A program made the translations under genes and the position numbers. Below, in pieces: positions 23,808 to 36,086 of a stretch of DNA of 64,000 nucleotides. A model generated the notes under the pieces. That model was given only the letters and a program-made list of their open reading frames with translations, was not told where the DNA came from and did not search any database. Origin of the DNA: Heteronotia binoei (taxonomy: Eukaryota); NCBI RefSeq assembly GCF_032191835.1, contig NC_083224.1, positions 52,018,001-52,082,000 on the forward strand. The letters run 5' to 3'. Numbering within the stretch: the stretch's first letter is position 1; each line of letters begins with the position of its first letter.

Positions 23808-26800
23808 CAAAATAAGCCAAATCAGTTGTCATAAGTTATTGAAGAACACTTTAAGAAACGGCTTCTGATGGATTGGGGGGAGGTAAACTAAGCCTGCTTT
23901 TATGCCCAAGGTCTGAGGAGATGGGACAAGCTTCATGGCTTCTGAGAAGAGAAATTGAGTCTGTGTTGATTATTTTTTAAAAAGTGTTGCTTTTCTGGAA
24001 CTTAAAAAAGCCATCACAATATTAAGCAGTTCAAGACTGTTCAATCTGAATTTTTTCTGTGACTTTCTCCACTACAGTGACAACCAGCCTCTCTTTGCTA
24101 AAGGGTAAACGTAGTAATTAATTTGTGCCCACTGTGTTGCCCTCTCCAAATGAGATCTGTTCAATTTATGTCTTGTCTTCCATTTGACAGTATACGGTTT
24201 TAAAATAGTAGCCGTTATGAGGCTTTTGGCAGGAGGAAAACTCTGTGGAATTTATTATAGAGCACAGAATGTGACAGTTGTCTTTGACTTGTTTTAAGAA
24301 AATTAAAGGTCTGACTTCAGTAAACTGATTGTATTAAGTATTACTGTTTATAACCGGGTCATTGGGGTTTCTTAAACTTTGGTTGCTTAGTTCAGTTATA
24401 ACCAGAATCTTCAGATTATTTCTTAAAACTTTCATATTATAACTCCTGTTGGGGATTGTTAGGTATACTTGGTTTGTTTAACTTTTTAAAAGTCACAATT
24501 TTAAGAGCACCTTAACGTTTCAATTAGCCAACTAATTAACTTCTCAGAGCCTACCTCAGAGTTCAGTGGTCTAAATGCACAAAATAACTCAAGACATAAT
24601 TCAGAACTCAGTTACTTAGGGGTTTCTACAGGTGTTTGGAGTACAAACACAGCTCATTTTTCAGTTTTAATAAATAATTGAAAAATTAATATAAATGAAG
24701 GCAGCTAATTCCATGGAGCTATTCCATGATGGGAATAGATTGGGCTACAGTTTTGATTTTTTTGTGATTATAGTTATTGTAGATAGTGATAATGGATTAT
24801 GGACTATACACTAGTTTAGGCTACTTATGATTCTTATTCATGGATCCCATCCAGGAATATTTTTAAAATATATAAAGACTATCTACATGGGTATCTTCCA
24901 GAAGTAGACCTGACTGTTCAAATCTTAATTGAAGATCAGTCGACAGAGGACAGAAGGAGGTTTGCACTAAGACTGCCTTATAATGAGAACCTGATGTGAG
25001 TCTTAATATACTGTGGATGGATTCTGCTATTCTTCCTGCTCCTCCATTAAGCCGTTATTTTTTGCTTACTTCACTTTTCAAGGCAACTTTCTAGATACCA
25101 CAAATACCACCTTGCCCCCTTCCATTGTTCAGTTCTAACATTAGAGGCAAATTCCATCATAGGGGAGGCAAAAGTACTGTAGGTTCTGAGAGCCATCACA
25201 GGAGCTTTTCTTGCAGGTCTTTTTTTGCCAACTTACTGAATAGTTTTTCATTCAGACTCCTACTGTATGGATTAGTCTGTCATTCTGCTCTAAAACTTGA
25301 TTTCTGCTAGTATTCAAATTATATTTCTCAATCAGCATCTGATTTTGTTTACTTAAAGCTACAGTCACCCACCAGTATATTAGATCATTTTATACATGAA
25401 CATGCTCTAATAAATGTCATGTGGTTATGAAGTTGGTATGGCTTTTTCATTTCTATTAGTGTTCTTTTATATCTGAGTATTAAAGCTTCAGGACTTATCA
25501 CTTAAGTGGATCTATTGATGTCTGAAAGGATGGAAACACAGATGTGCTTGCTTTGGCATTATGACATCACTTGTCCAAGACCAGGAAATGTAATTCTATT
25601 GTGCCTTATAACTGGGTCCTGTAGAGGGAGGAGAGCAAGCTAAGATCATTTAAATAAATTTGCAAGCAGAAAATCTTTGGAAGTATTGCTTTCTGTGGCA
25701 AGCACAGGCCTTTGTTTGCACCTAAACTCAACCCAGTGATTTATTTTGAATGCTAAAGAGTTGGCTCCGGAATCAATGAAAGAGGGTTCTGGAGTGTGTG
25801 AAGGATATCTTTCCCTCAGGCATGTCTTATAACCTACCTGACCCCATGCATCTGGGGCTGCATGGCTGGAACTGTGATTGGTGAACTAATGAGCCAATAG
25901 CAACCCAAGAATGGATTGTATTGTATTTTAAAAATTTGTATCATATCCCACAACCCAAAAACTGGTTCTCAGAATGACTATCAACATACTCAAAATAATT
26001 AAAATTACAATGGTCAAATAATCTAAAATGTAAAGCACTCAAAACATCATACAAACAACAAATTAAAGAAGCAGAATGGTTTCAAAATTCAGCTACAGAA
26101 CAGAAGGAAAACCAAAAAATGTCATCTAACAGTCTAGGGGAGAATAAGTAGGTCTTCACCTGGTGCTGGAAGGACAAAAAAAATCTAGTCTCATGGGAAC
26201 ATCCATTCATCATTTGCCCAGCAACATTCATAGGCATGAATCCCACCATGGAAAAAACCCTCTTCCAAATGGCTGTTTTTCTCATTGTGATGTATTAGTG
26301 GCTGAGGCATGCTGAACTTTCAGCACAAGACAGGAGCTTAGCTAAAAGTGCCTGTGTGCCTTGCTTTTATGTTGCTTGCCTGGATAGGACAGCTTTACCA
26401 GTATGAACTTCATTTTCTGAAATACAGTCTTTAATGATGGTATGACCATGCATGCAGTGCATTACTTGGGCTAATTCATTATGATGCTGTGTCTGACTGT
26501 TAACTTTTAGTCACAGTATGGCGTGTCAGGCATGCTTTCTTGTGGCTAACTCCTTCACTGTCCTAGTAACATGTAGAAATCCATAGAGCATCAGTATTCT
26601 GTGTGAAACCGGATGCTGGATTAGATGGGACCAGTAGTCTGATCCAGCAAGCTCTCATTATGGTTTTATTCTTTTGAGGCATGGAGCTGTCTTAGGAAGC
26701 TCCCATGTATGAGCAATATGAACTGGAAGTCCAGTATGATTTTATGTTGGGAACTACACTAAGTGCATGGAATTAAGAGCTGTCGTTTCCTGCAGGTGGG

Positions 26801-26949
26801 AGTTTATTTCAAGAGGTGTATGGAAATTTTCAACAATTTCCTTCTTTCCTCTCACTACAGATACCATAATTGTATCCAGCACTGTTAACAAGTACTGAAT
26901 GATAGTTAACTGAATTCTACTTGATCTTAAGAATTTTATACTCTGACCT

Positions 26950-27145
26950 GGGTAGCCCAGGCAAGTCTGATCTCATCAGATCTTGGAAGCTAAGCAGAGC
27001 TAACTGGCAAGTACTGGATGGGAGATCTCCTTGGAATACCAGAGCCAGAAAGGCAGGGGGAGGCTTTATTCAGCTACCTCCCTGAATGCCCTCCATGCCC
27101 CCAGTAGGGGTCAGTCACCAGAGGTCACCATGACTTCCAGGTGTA
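26950..27145 (+). mobile_element. 5S rRNA-derived SINE
   Basis: gatctcatcagatcttggaagctaagcag...gtactggatgggagatctccttggaatacc resembles 5S rRNA box A to box C, followed by a non-5S body. Confidence 0.7.
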
Positions 27146-27446
27146 CACATGCTCATATAATATGTGTGCGTGTGTGTGTATATATATATATTTTCCATTA
27201 TGTTAAGTCCTGTCCATAATGGTCTTCTTTCAAAATACTGTACTAATGCAAACAAGAAACTGAACAGGCAGTTGTTCTGAACTATACATCTGCCCATGCC
27301 AAAATCATGGTTTCTGCCCTCTATGGAAGGTTTGTGGAATCATTGTCCTTGAACTTCCAAATTTTAAGAACATAAGAGAAGCCATGCTGGATCAGGCCAA
27401 CGGCCCATTTTCTCTCCCAAAGAGCTGGAAACTGTAAAGAGAGGTC

Positions 27447-27646
27447 TTAGTTTCTGAACTCACAGCTGTAAGAGCTGAATTTTGGTCGTTGGTACATGAA
27501 TGTGTAAGAATCACAGAAGAATCTTCTGGAAAATTGATCAATTTTCTTGATATCCACAGCAGAAATCTCTTCTGATGTCATTGCCAGATAGTGTCCAAGC
27601 TGAGGAGAGGCCTTTACCACAGGGATATATGATCCTTTCTCATTCT
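27447..27646 (-). CDS. CYLD-like last coding exon (stop TAA at 27449-27447)
   Basis: NEKGSYIPVVKASPQLGHYLAMTSEEISAVDIKKIDQFSRRFFCDSYTFMYQRPKFSSY vs human [58 protein letters not shown]; acceptor ttctttatag|. Confidence 0.92.
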
Positions 27647-27897
27647 CTATAAAGAAAACATAACCAGTTAAAAAAAAGTGAATAATGAAAAGATTACCAA
27701 TAGGCTGAGGAACAGCCATCTAAGGGGCTGAGCAAGGCTCGTTAAGTGTCCAAGCTGAGGAGAGGCCTTTACCACAGGGATATATGATCCTTTCTCATTC
27801 TCTAAAGAAAACATAACCAGTTAAAAAAAAGTGAATAATGAAAAGATTACCAATAGGCTGAGGAACAGCCATCTAAGGGGCTGAGCAAGGCTCGTTA
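27590..27897. repeat. Tandem direct duplication (155 + 153 nt) spanning the CYLD-like last-exon acceptor
   Basis: 27590-27744 and 27745-27897 are identical apart from a 2-nt indel; AGTG microhomology at the junctions. Confidence 0.95.
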
Positions 27898-29461
27898 AGT
27901 GCTTTGGATGAAAGCAATAGAGTTAATTTTAACAATACTAAATCTTGAAAAGACCCAGTTAAATTAATGCACAAATTTAAAGTGAAAATACACCCCACAT
28001 ACATTGATCTGTAGAAACCAGTGCCACCAGTATTTTCTTTAGATTTTTTTAAAAAGTCTAGATCAAGGATTTCCCATGTGGCCTCCATGGGTGCCATAGT
28101 GCACAGACACCTTTCCCGGCATCCATCAAGTGCTCCTGTCCAACAGAGCAGGCTTCTGATTTGCTACTGGAGGTCCAGGTGGAGATGCAGATGAAAATGA
28201 CTTCATTGCAGCAGCAACTGCCTCCACAATGCTGGTTTTATTCTTTCCCAGTTTTTAAGTTACCCTTCTCTTCTGGGCTTCCTCTATGTGGACTCTGCCT
28301 CCAGTGGCAACGATTTGTTACCTTGTGTTAGAGTTCCAAAGGTGCCCACAAGTTCAAAAATGTCAGAGGTCTCCAACAGTCCAAAGTAACTTTTGTGTTC
28401 CAAAGAACAATGATTCTCAGCCTTTTGTATCTTACATCCCACCAATCATCTGTCAAAGAACCTTAGTCCTGCCATGACAGAAACAACCCCCCCCACACAC
28501 ACACACACACATCTTTCCATAAAGGACACACAGCCCCAGTCCAGCAAGGGGCTTGCCAGTGGCATCCTTAGCACTCTGCACAAGGATCCAGTAGCAGATA
28601 CCAAACAGTGCAGATGAAACCAGATTAAGAAGGGAGAGCTGTGTGCAGAAACTAGCTTATGCATATAGAGTTTCTCTAACCCAGTCCCCATGCACACAGC
28701 AATTCTTCTCCCTCCCAGCTTTAAAAAAAAAAATTGGCAAGTTAGTATGTTATAACGATTATTGGTATATCAGGTTTCCTGAATCTCCCATTTTCATTTT
28801 TAAAAGTCTCCAGCCCAAGGGTATGAATTTAATCACAAATCAAAAAAGCTCCTCTGTGTGTGTAGGAAATGACTGCTGCAGGTATGGGACAGGGAGAATC
28901 TTGTAGACATGGAAACCATCCAGGCTTTGCTGTGATTTTCCCCAAAACTTTACAACAAAGCAATGTTGGAGAAAAAGTAGGGAAACCCCAGGAAGTACAT
29001 GAATGTATTATGATGCTGTGGGGAAGCAGGAACTCCCCACCCCTGCTCCTATCATCATGGGACCTGGAGTGAATAACCGATGTGGAAGTGGCCATGGTGT
29101 CCTGTCTGGGGATCAGAAGCATGTTGAATGCACTGGCAGCCATCAGGAATGCGGAGGCTGGGCTTAGAGACTCACGTTGTGATAGCTAAGCTCCAGATGA
29201 TAAATACTTCTAAGAAATGTGAGGTGGGTAGGGATCAGTAAGTATGTGGGCATCATTTTCTGCTGCATCCATGTAGCTAAAGAAAACTCAGTCTTGTGTG
29301 TTTACAGGTGGATTGCTCTACCAATATGTATTGCTTCATAGTGTAATCATTAGCAGCAGGAGCAGCCCGCCCACTAGGTGAGAGCTGTAGAGGCTGTTAT
29401 TACACCAACTGGGAACAGTGTTACCACAGTGTCATTCAGGACAACAGAAACTTGCTGAGAC

Positions 29462-29915
29462 TGAGAGGGGAAAAGATCTTGGGGTCATAGTGGATAGCTC
29501 GATGAAAGTGTCAACCTAGTGTGTTGTAGCAATGAAGAAGGCAAATTCTATGCTATGGTTTATTAGCAAAGGGATTGAGAATTAAACAGCCAATATTGTA
29601 ATGCCCCTGTATAGATCTATGTGATGACCACAGGAATCAACAGCTTTAAAAGGGGATTAAATACGACAGATCAGGCAGCTAGCACCATACAGTCTATCTG
29701 TGATTATTAGCAATGGTGACTGAGGGGAACCAACATGTTGAGAGGCTCTAATCCTCTGAATCCCAGAGCCAGGAACCAACATCAGGGAAAGGCCTCAGCC
29801 TCTATTCCCTGTTGTTGGCCCTCCAGAGAAACTGTTTGGTCTCTGTGTGAAACAGGATGCTGGCCTAGATGGACCACTGGTCTGATCCAGTGGGGCTCTT
29901 ATTATGTTCTTATGT
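29462..29915 (+). mobile_element. CR1 LINE 3' fragment (degenerate RT end and 3' UTR)
   Basis: gatcttggggtcatagtggatagctcgatgaaagtgtcaac...aagaaggcaaattctatgct and terminal ggaccactggtctgatccagtggggctcttattatgttcttatg. Confidence 0.8.
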
Positions 29916-30514
29916 GAACCTAAGAGTTGGAAAAGACTGGTGCTTGCACAGAGGACTACCTTTTTAAGCAGAGTTAGTGGCAGTCTCAAGTGCTACCCCT
30001 GGCCTTGGCACCATTGCCTGCTTCTCCACCACCCAGCTCCAACATGCTCCTTCCCTCTGGCTTGGCGGAGGCTTGGGGCATGGTGGCCTGCCTAGCTTGC
30101 CATCTTCTCCCACAGTAGGAGGGAAGGAGACAGGAACAGGCAGGCACCAGCTCCACCATGCTCCTTTTCTCTGGCTTCACAGCTTGAGTTGCAGTGGCTT
30201 TCCCTGCTTGACCCTTCCACCCTGCCCTGTCCTACCAAGAGCAGGCAAATGACAGTTCTGTTGTGCTCCCTCCTTCTGGCTTCACAGAGGCTTTGAGTAC
30301 TTGGAGTGCACCCAGGCCGTGGCAGGGCTGTGTGCTTCTGGCAGGTGGGCACTGTTAGTGGCTGGCCTAAGACACCAAAAGCCCTCAGATGGGCCCTGGT
30401 TTGCTGATTGTTGAGTTGTGTGCAATCTTTCTGGATCAGTAGGTCTTCAGTTTGGCAGACACATTTCTAACACAACCAGCATAAAATCTTTACCATGGTT
30501 ACAAACTTGCTTAC

Positions 30515-30623
30515 CTTGGTCAACCAAGCTTGTGAGGTCAAGTTCTAGAGAAGGATACATTGATGAAAATGTCTTAAACCCCTTTCCAAACCTTGGCATT
30601 TGTAAGATGAGGCATGAAGGAAT
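30515..30623 (-). CDS. CYLD-like USP exon (109 nt)
   Basis: IPSCLILQMPRFGKGFKTFSSMYPSLELDLTSLVDQ vs human [36 protein letters not shown]; ctctttcag| and G|gtaagc. Confidence 0.95.
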
Positions 30624-31309
30624 CTGAAAGAGAAGAGCCATTTTGAAGACTCTCTGCTAACAGATTTGCAGACGTTGGCTCAAGAAAGACTGGACAACAG
30701 ACAAGGGTTGCTACATGTGTTTTTGCTGATATTTGAAAGACAGTTCTCTAGCCTAGAAGACTCTATGAAATTTTCATAGACTTGGAAATGCAGTACATAT
30801 CCGTTTGGATTCAGATTTGAGTTCAGCCACAAGATCCTTCCATGGGCAGGCCACAAATAATAATTTAAAAAATCTTACCCACCTGCCGTTTCCCATCTAT
30901 ATAGTCAGGGTATTGAGAATTTACAGCGGCATTGTTAGACTAAACATAAATGGTATGAAGCACATTACATATTAAAAGTGCTATGGAATTTATGTAAAAC
31001 AAAAATAATGACAAGACTCTGTCACTGAAGACAGGAATCCTCCCTAGCACAGGCACAATGGTCTATTCTCATTCCCACCCAACACTGTACATTAGCATTA
31101 TGAAGAACCTGAGATCCGTCTGTTTCTCCCACATCCCAATATAGCTTTCCCTCCTTGCACTGGCCCTCAAGCTTCAGCGAGATCAGAGGGAAGAAATGGG
31201 GCTCTGTTGAAGTACATGGGACTCCCTGTGCTTACAGGCACTGCTTCCACCAGGAAGGAGTATCGTCTGCAAAAGGGAGTGATACAACATTACTTATCTC
31301 ATTACCTAC

Positions 31310-31439
31310 CTCAGCAAATTTCAAGTCATAGGAAAGCAGAGATTCTTCCAGTCATTGCTGCACAGCGGGCATGTTGACCATACTGTCTCTTGCCACAAGA
31401 ACTTGATAACAATTATACTCAAGTACTTCGTTGCCTGCC
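31310..31439 (-). CDS. CYLD-like USP exon (130 nt) with an in-frame TGA at 31354-31352
   Basis: AGNEVLEYNCYQVLVARDSMVNMPAVQQ*LEESLLSYDLKFAE vs human SAGQKVQDCYFYQIF...[21 protein letters not shown]; cctag| and GAG|gtaggt. Confidence 0.9.
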
Positions 31440-31958
31440 CTAGGATTTCACAGCAAAAGAATACAAAGTTGTTTAGAGGCCTATTATGTCTTTTCCCCCC
31501 AGACAAATGCATCAGCTAGCATCAAAATCTGTTTAAAAATGAGAGATATATAGGAAGCACCTCTGAGCTCACTTCAAATTCTTAGGCCAAAACTAATCTA
31601 GCTGTAGCATGGGAATGCATTTATTGCATCTGAAGAGAAAAGGGCAAGGAGTCTGTTCTATGAAGAACTAGATTCAAGTCCAGGGGCACCTTAGAGACCA
31701 ACAAGATTTTTGGGGTGGGTGGAGTATGAGCTTTCTAGAGTCAAAGTTCTCTTTGTCAGATACCTTCTTTTCATAATGTCACTCAGCAGGAACTCATTTG
31801 CATATTAGGCCATATCCCCTGACATCAAGCCAGCTGGAACTGCATTGCTGTGTATTCCTGCTCAAAAAAAGCCCTGCCGCTCAGTAGATATATGGGCTTC
31901 TAACTCCACCTAGTATGTGCCTGCCAGGCCAGAGGGTGCAGAGTCTCTGAACCAGCTT

Positions 31959-32342
31959 TAGGGCTGCCAAGCCCCCATCTGGGCGGGGATTCCCCCACCC
32001 AGGGGGTTCCCAACCCACTGGCCCACATTGGGCCAGCAGGGGAAACCCCCCCGCAAACGTCATCAGCGCAATGACATCACCAGGAAGTGATGTCATCGCG
32101 CCAGTGCATGGCAGCTGCTCTGAGCATTTCTGGGGAAACTTTATGGTTTTCCCAGATGCTCTAGCCATTTGGGAGGGAAAACTCTATGGTATAAATAGGT
32201 ACCATAGAGCTTTCCCATCCCAAATGGCTAGAGCATCCGGGAAAACCATAGAGTTTTCCTGGAAACACCTAGAGCAGCCACGAGTGCCGTTCCCAGTGCC
32301 ATGACATCACTTCCAGAGAGCGGAGAGGTCTTGGCAACCCTA
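31959..32342. mobile_element. TAGGG(C/T)TGCCA-type hAT MITE
   Basis: tagggctgccaag ... ttggcaacccta terminal inverted repeats. Confidence 0.65.
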
Positions 32343-32602
32343 GCCAGCCTATCCCCACCCAGTCTCAGGCCAATTCACATTCTACACATATTCCCCTCTC
32401 ATAGACTGTTGACATGTTTGGCCTGGGAGTTCCCTGCAACACAAAGGGGCCCATATTGGATCATGACTACAGCACATGTGGGAAAGAACCTTTTCCTGCC
32501 TCCATGCCATTTTCCCTACCTGAAATAGCACCAGGAAATACTATTTGCTGCTCTAGGGAAACTAATGTAACCAGCCACATATGTAAATTTTTGTAACAGA
32601 AG

Positions 32603-32878
32603 AAGGTGATGATGATGATATTGGATTTATATCCCACCCTGCACTCCAGATCTCAGAGTCTCAGAGTGGCTCACAATCTCCTTTACTTTCCTCCCCCACA
32701 ACAGACACCCTGTGAGGTAGGTGGGGCTGACAGAAGCTGCCATTTCAAGGACAACCTCTGCCAGAGCTATGGCTGACCCAAGGCCATTTCAGCAGGTGCA
32801 AGTGGAGGAGTGGGGAATCAAACCCGGTTCTCCCAGATAAGAGTCCACACCCTTAACCACTACACTAAACTGACTCTC
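32603..32878 (-). mobile_element. Squam3-type tRNA SINE
   Basis: Reverse complement of the 13789 SINE. Confidence 0.85.
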
Positions 32879-33405
32879 TGCTGTGGCTGTTCGAGACTGG
32901 GAAAACAGTCTCCTTGAATGTCACAGTCCTGATTCAAGCGAAGTCCCTGTACGCTTGGGAATAAGTTCCAAGCATAGATCTACCAGAGCACGTCTGACTG
33001 AAAGGCCATGGTAGCCAAAAGGCAATCAGCCCATCATACATCAGCAATCCATTGCTTCCTTTTATTCATTGCCAGTGCTAGGGCCTCTTTTGAAAGAAAT
33101 TGGACACAACATTTTGGTTTGCTTTCAAGTCAGTTGCCACAGCTGCAAGGGCTAAGGCTGTTTTCCCACCACCACCCCAGCTTTTAATAAGGAGGATGGG
33201 CAGCTTTGCGTGCCAGGCTCATGTCCCCTCCCCCCTGACTTGTCCAAAACTGCTGGGCTCCACCCTTAGGCTCCATCTAGGTACTGGATTTAAAAAAAAA
33301 CAAATTAATTGCAAGAGTTTTCAGCCTAAGTCATGAATCATGCTTGTGAGACCAAGAGTGGCACTCAAATGACGAGATAAAAAACCCAACACATCAAATT
33401 CTTAC

Positions 33406-33472
33406 TTGATTTTGAGCAAGGGCTCTATAGCCAGGACCTCTCCTAGAAGGACATTCAGGAATTCCTCTGGAT
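33406..33472 (-). CDS. CYLD-like USP exon (67 nt)
   Basis: DPEEFLNVLLGEVLAIEPLLKIK vs human [23 protein letters not shown]; tttacag| and AA|gtaaga. Confidence 0.93.
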
Positions 33473-34420
33473 CTGTAAACCAGATCAGCCATTAGAATAA
33501 CAAAAACCCTGGTGCAGCACAGTGGCTAAGAATGACCTGTGACTGGGAGGTCCTAGTTTAGATTTCATCTTTGTCACAAGCTCACTAGGTGGCCATCTGC
33601 AAGCCAGTCATGGTCAACTCTACTGGCAACATTGGTCCACCTTACAGGAAAAGGATACTGCAGTAAATATATCAGAAGAGCTTTTAACAATGAAATCACA
33701 AGGCATTCATTAAAGCAGTAATAGGGTTGCCACCTCCAGGTGACACCTAGAGATCTCCTGCTATTACAATTGATTTTCAGATGACCAAGATCAGTTCCCT
33801 TGGAAAAAGTGGCTGCTTTGGATGGTGGACTCTGTGGCATTATACCCTGCTGAGATCATCCATCCCCTACCAAACCCCACCCTCCCCAGGCTCCACCTCC
33901 CAAACCTCCAGGTATTTGCCAACCCAGAGCTGGCAACCCTAGAAATATGTCATCCAGGTCAATAGTGTTATGGGTACTGGAGTAAGCTTGGATTCTGGGT
34001 ACTGTGAGTTACTCTGTTTTATGGAATTGGCCAAAGCAGCATGCTAGAGGAAACCAGAGCTCATGACAAAAGAAATGACAATGTTTCTTATTGATATTAC
34101 TTCAGTTAACCTTAATGGCTAGGAAATGACTCTGTCCAAGCACCCATTAGGGTTTGAAGAATATGATCCCCCCCCCCCCGGAGTGATTCTACCTGTGTTC
34201 CATTAATACATCTGCAATTAAAACAAATGGCACAGAAATGCTAACAGACTCCTCAACCTGTCCTCCAAAAGGAATCCACCCAGGTAAACGCTACCTTTTG
34301 AATTTCTCACTGCCCAAGTAAGTGGGAGGGTGTAAAAATATGCAAATTTAAGGGAGGGAGGGGAGTGCAGTGTAGCAAGGTCGCTCTACCCAGCGAAGAG
34401 GTCATGCTCTTGTAGCTCAC

Positions 34421-34500
34421 CTTTCTCTTCTGTAACAAAACTGTCAGATTGCAGCAATTTCCTTAAGTTCATCACATTCTCAGCTCCCACATAGCCACAC
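34421..34500 (-). CDS. CYLD-like USP exon (80 nt)
   Basis: CGYVGAENVMNLRKLLQSDSFVTEEK vs human YGYVCATKIMKLRKIL...GFTSEEK; ccttgccag| and G|gtgagc. Confidence 0.92.
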
Positions 34501-34657
34501 CTGGCAAGGACTGATAGAGTTACAACATTACAAGTACTTAGTAATGCATGTTAAGTAATAGAGGGGGCAGGTCATCTAGTGGAGGATTACAGCTCCCTGG
34601 AAGGGTGGAGGCTGAGATCAGTGTACTGGTGGGTAGGTGAGACAATTTGGTATTGGG

Positions 34658-34692
<35 letters not shown>

Positions 34693-34739
34693 AAGAGAGA
34701 AAGAAGTCTGCTATAATATGTTATAATATGCTGTAGTGG

Positions 34740-34920
34740 CCTGAATAGCCATTAATAGCCTGATCTTATCAGAGTTTGGAAGCTAAGCAGGGTTGGCCAT
34801 GGTTAGTACTTGGATGGGAGAGCACCAAGGAAGTCCAAGGTTGCTATGCAGAGGAAGACAAAGATAAACCATGAGGTTTTCTTGCGTGGAAAACCTCATG
34901 GTTTCAGATCACCATATGTC
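34740..34920 (+). mobile_element. 5S rRNA-derived SINE
   Basis: cctgatcttatcagagtttggaagctaagcagggttggccatggttagtacttggatgggag closely resembles 5S rRNA; diverged body follows. Confidence 0.72.
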
Positions 34921-35904
34921 AGTTGTAAATTTACAGCACACAATGATTATTATAATAATGCTCTGCTCCCTAGATGGCATTGCAGGGTCTGTCATCTCAC
35001 TGTTAGCTTTACTTGCCTATTTGCTAAGCTAACACTCTTCTAATTTTTGATTACTTACAGCTAGAGATCCAGGTTCAAATCCTGTCCTGTAGCCACAAAG
35101 GGGCATTTGGGGGCAATGCCCACCACAGATGATCACTACCCCCACAGAAAAAAATTCCAAAGACTTAAGAAAATTTTAAAAACATATTTTAAAAATAATT
35201 TTTTAAAAAAAGCGATATATGTGGGGTTTTCAAAATGACCCTGGGCACAATCAGGGAAGTTTCAGTCTCGTTTTCTTTTTTTCTGGTCAGGAAATAAATA
35301 GGTTTTTAAAAATGCAAAATAAAATAAATTAAAATTGCATAAAATACAAAAAAAATTGCAAAATGCAAAAGAGAGAGAGACGGAGATTCCCGCCCCCCCC
35401 CCCATGTAAACGAGGAAGCCAGTAGAGTCACGAAGGCTGCAGGTGGGGAGCCATTCTGTCAGCAGCTTCCAACTCTCTTATTGCTCTGTCTCTCTCTCTC
35501 TCTTTCCCCTGGCTCCCCAGCCCCACAGGATTTCCCAATGCCCTGCCACCCAAAATTTTCTGGCTACACCCCTATTCAAAACCCTGCTCTGCAATGAAGA
35601 CTGCCAAGTGATCTTGGGTCCTAGCTTAACATACTTCATAGGGTTGTTGGTTTGCTTTTGTTGTTTTGGTATCTTTGTATTTTTATATGTTCATGTGTGT
35701 GTACATACCAACAACCAAAATTCAGCTCTTACAGCTATGAGTTCAGAAACAAGGATCTCTCTCTACAATTTCCAGCTCTTGGGGAGAGGATTTGGAAATT
35801 CAGGGACAATGATTCCACAAACCTTCCATAGAGGGCAGAAACCATGATTTTGGCATAGGCAGAAGCTTTATAGTTCAAAACAACTATACTCTGTGTGTGT
35901 GTGT

Positions 35905-36075
35905 GTATGCACACGCACCTGGAAGTCATAGCAAGCTCTGGTGACTGACCCCTACTGGGTGGCCTGGAGGATATTCAGGGAGGTGGCTGAATAAAGCCTG
36001 CCCCTGCCCCCCAACTGCTGGTTTTCCAAGGAGGTCTCCCATCCAGGCACTTGCCAGTTGATTAGAGTTAGTCTT
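35905..36075 (-). mobile_element. 5S-derived SINE (same family as 26950)
   Basis: Reverse complement of the 27000-27145 body. Confidence 0.6.
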
Positions 36076-36086
36076 GGCTCATAAAC

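Noticed and set aside
28322-28470. Minus-strand segment with TTC TTT GAC AG ATG (FFD.M-like), an LLETSDIF reading and a good donor CAAG|gtaac, considered as the missing CYLD His-box exon
   Set aside because: All three frames from the nearby acceptors hit stops, the two motifs are in the wrong order and spacing, there is no SHY histidine, and the upstream flank is a GT microsatellite.
28829-28870. GAFLI peptide suggesting the SLA2 SH2 domain (neighbour of RAB5IF in human)
   Set aside because: Only five residues match, with no flanking SH2 similarity or splice support.
29308-29377. Plus-strand exon-like 70-nt segment (tttacag|...TAG|gtgaga)
   Set aside because: No recognisable protein similarity and no partner exons; likely chance splice-like motifs.
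31352-31354. Selenocysteine recoding of the CYLD-like TGA
   Set aside because: The aligned human residue is Leu, not Cys, and I could not identify a SECIS element by eye; left only as a check.
34750-34830. Possible 5S rRNA gene
   Set aside because: Partial and diverged, lacks the 5S 5' end and T-run terminator, and continues into a SINE body.
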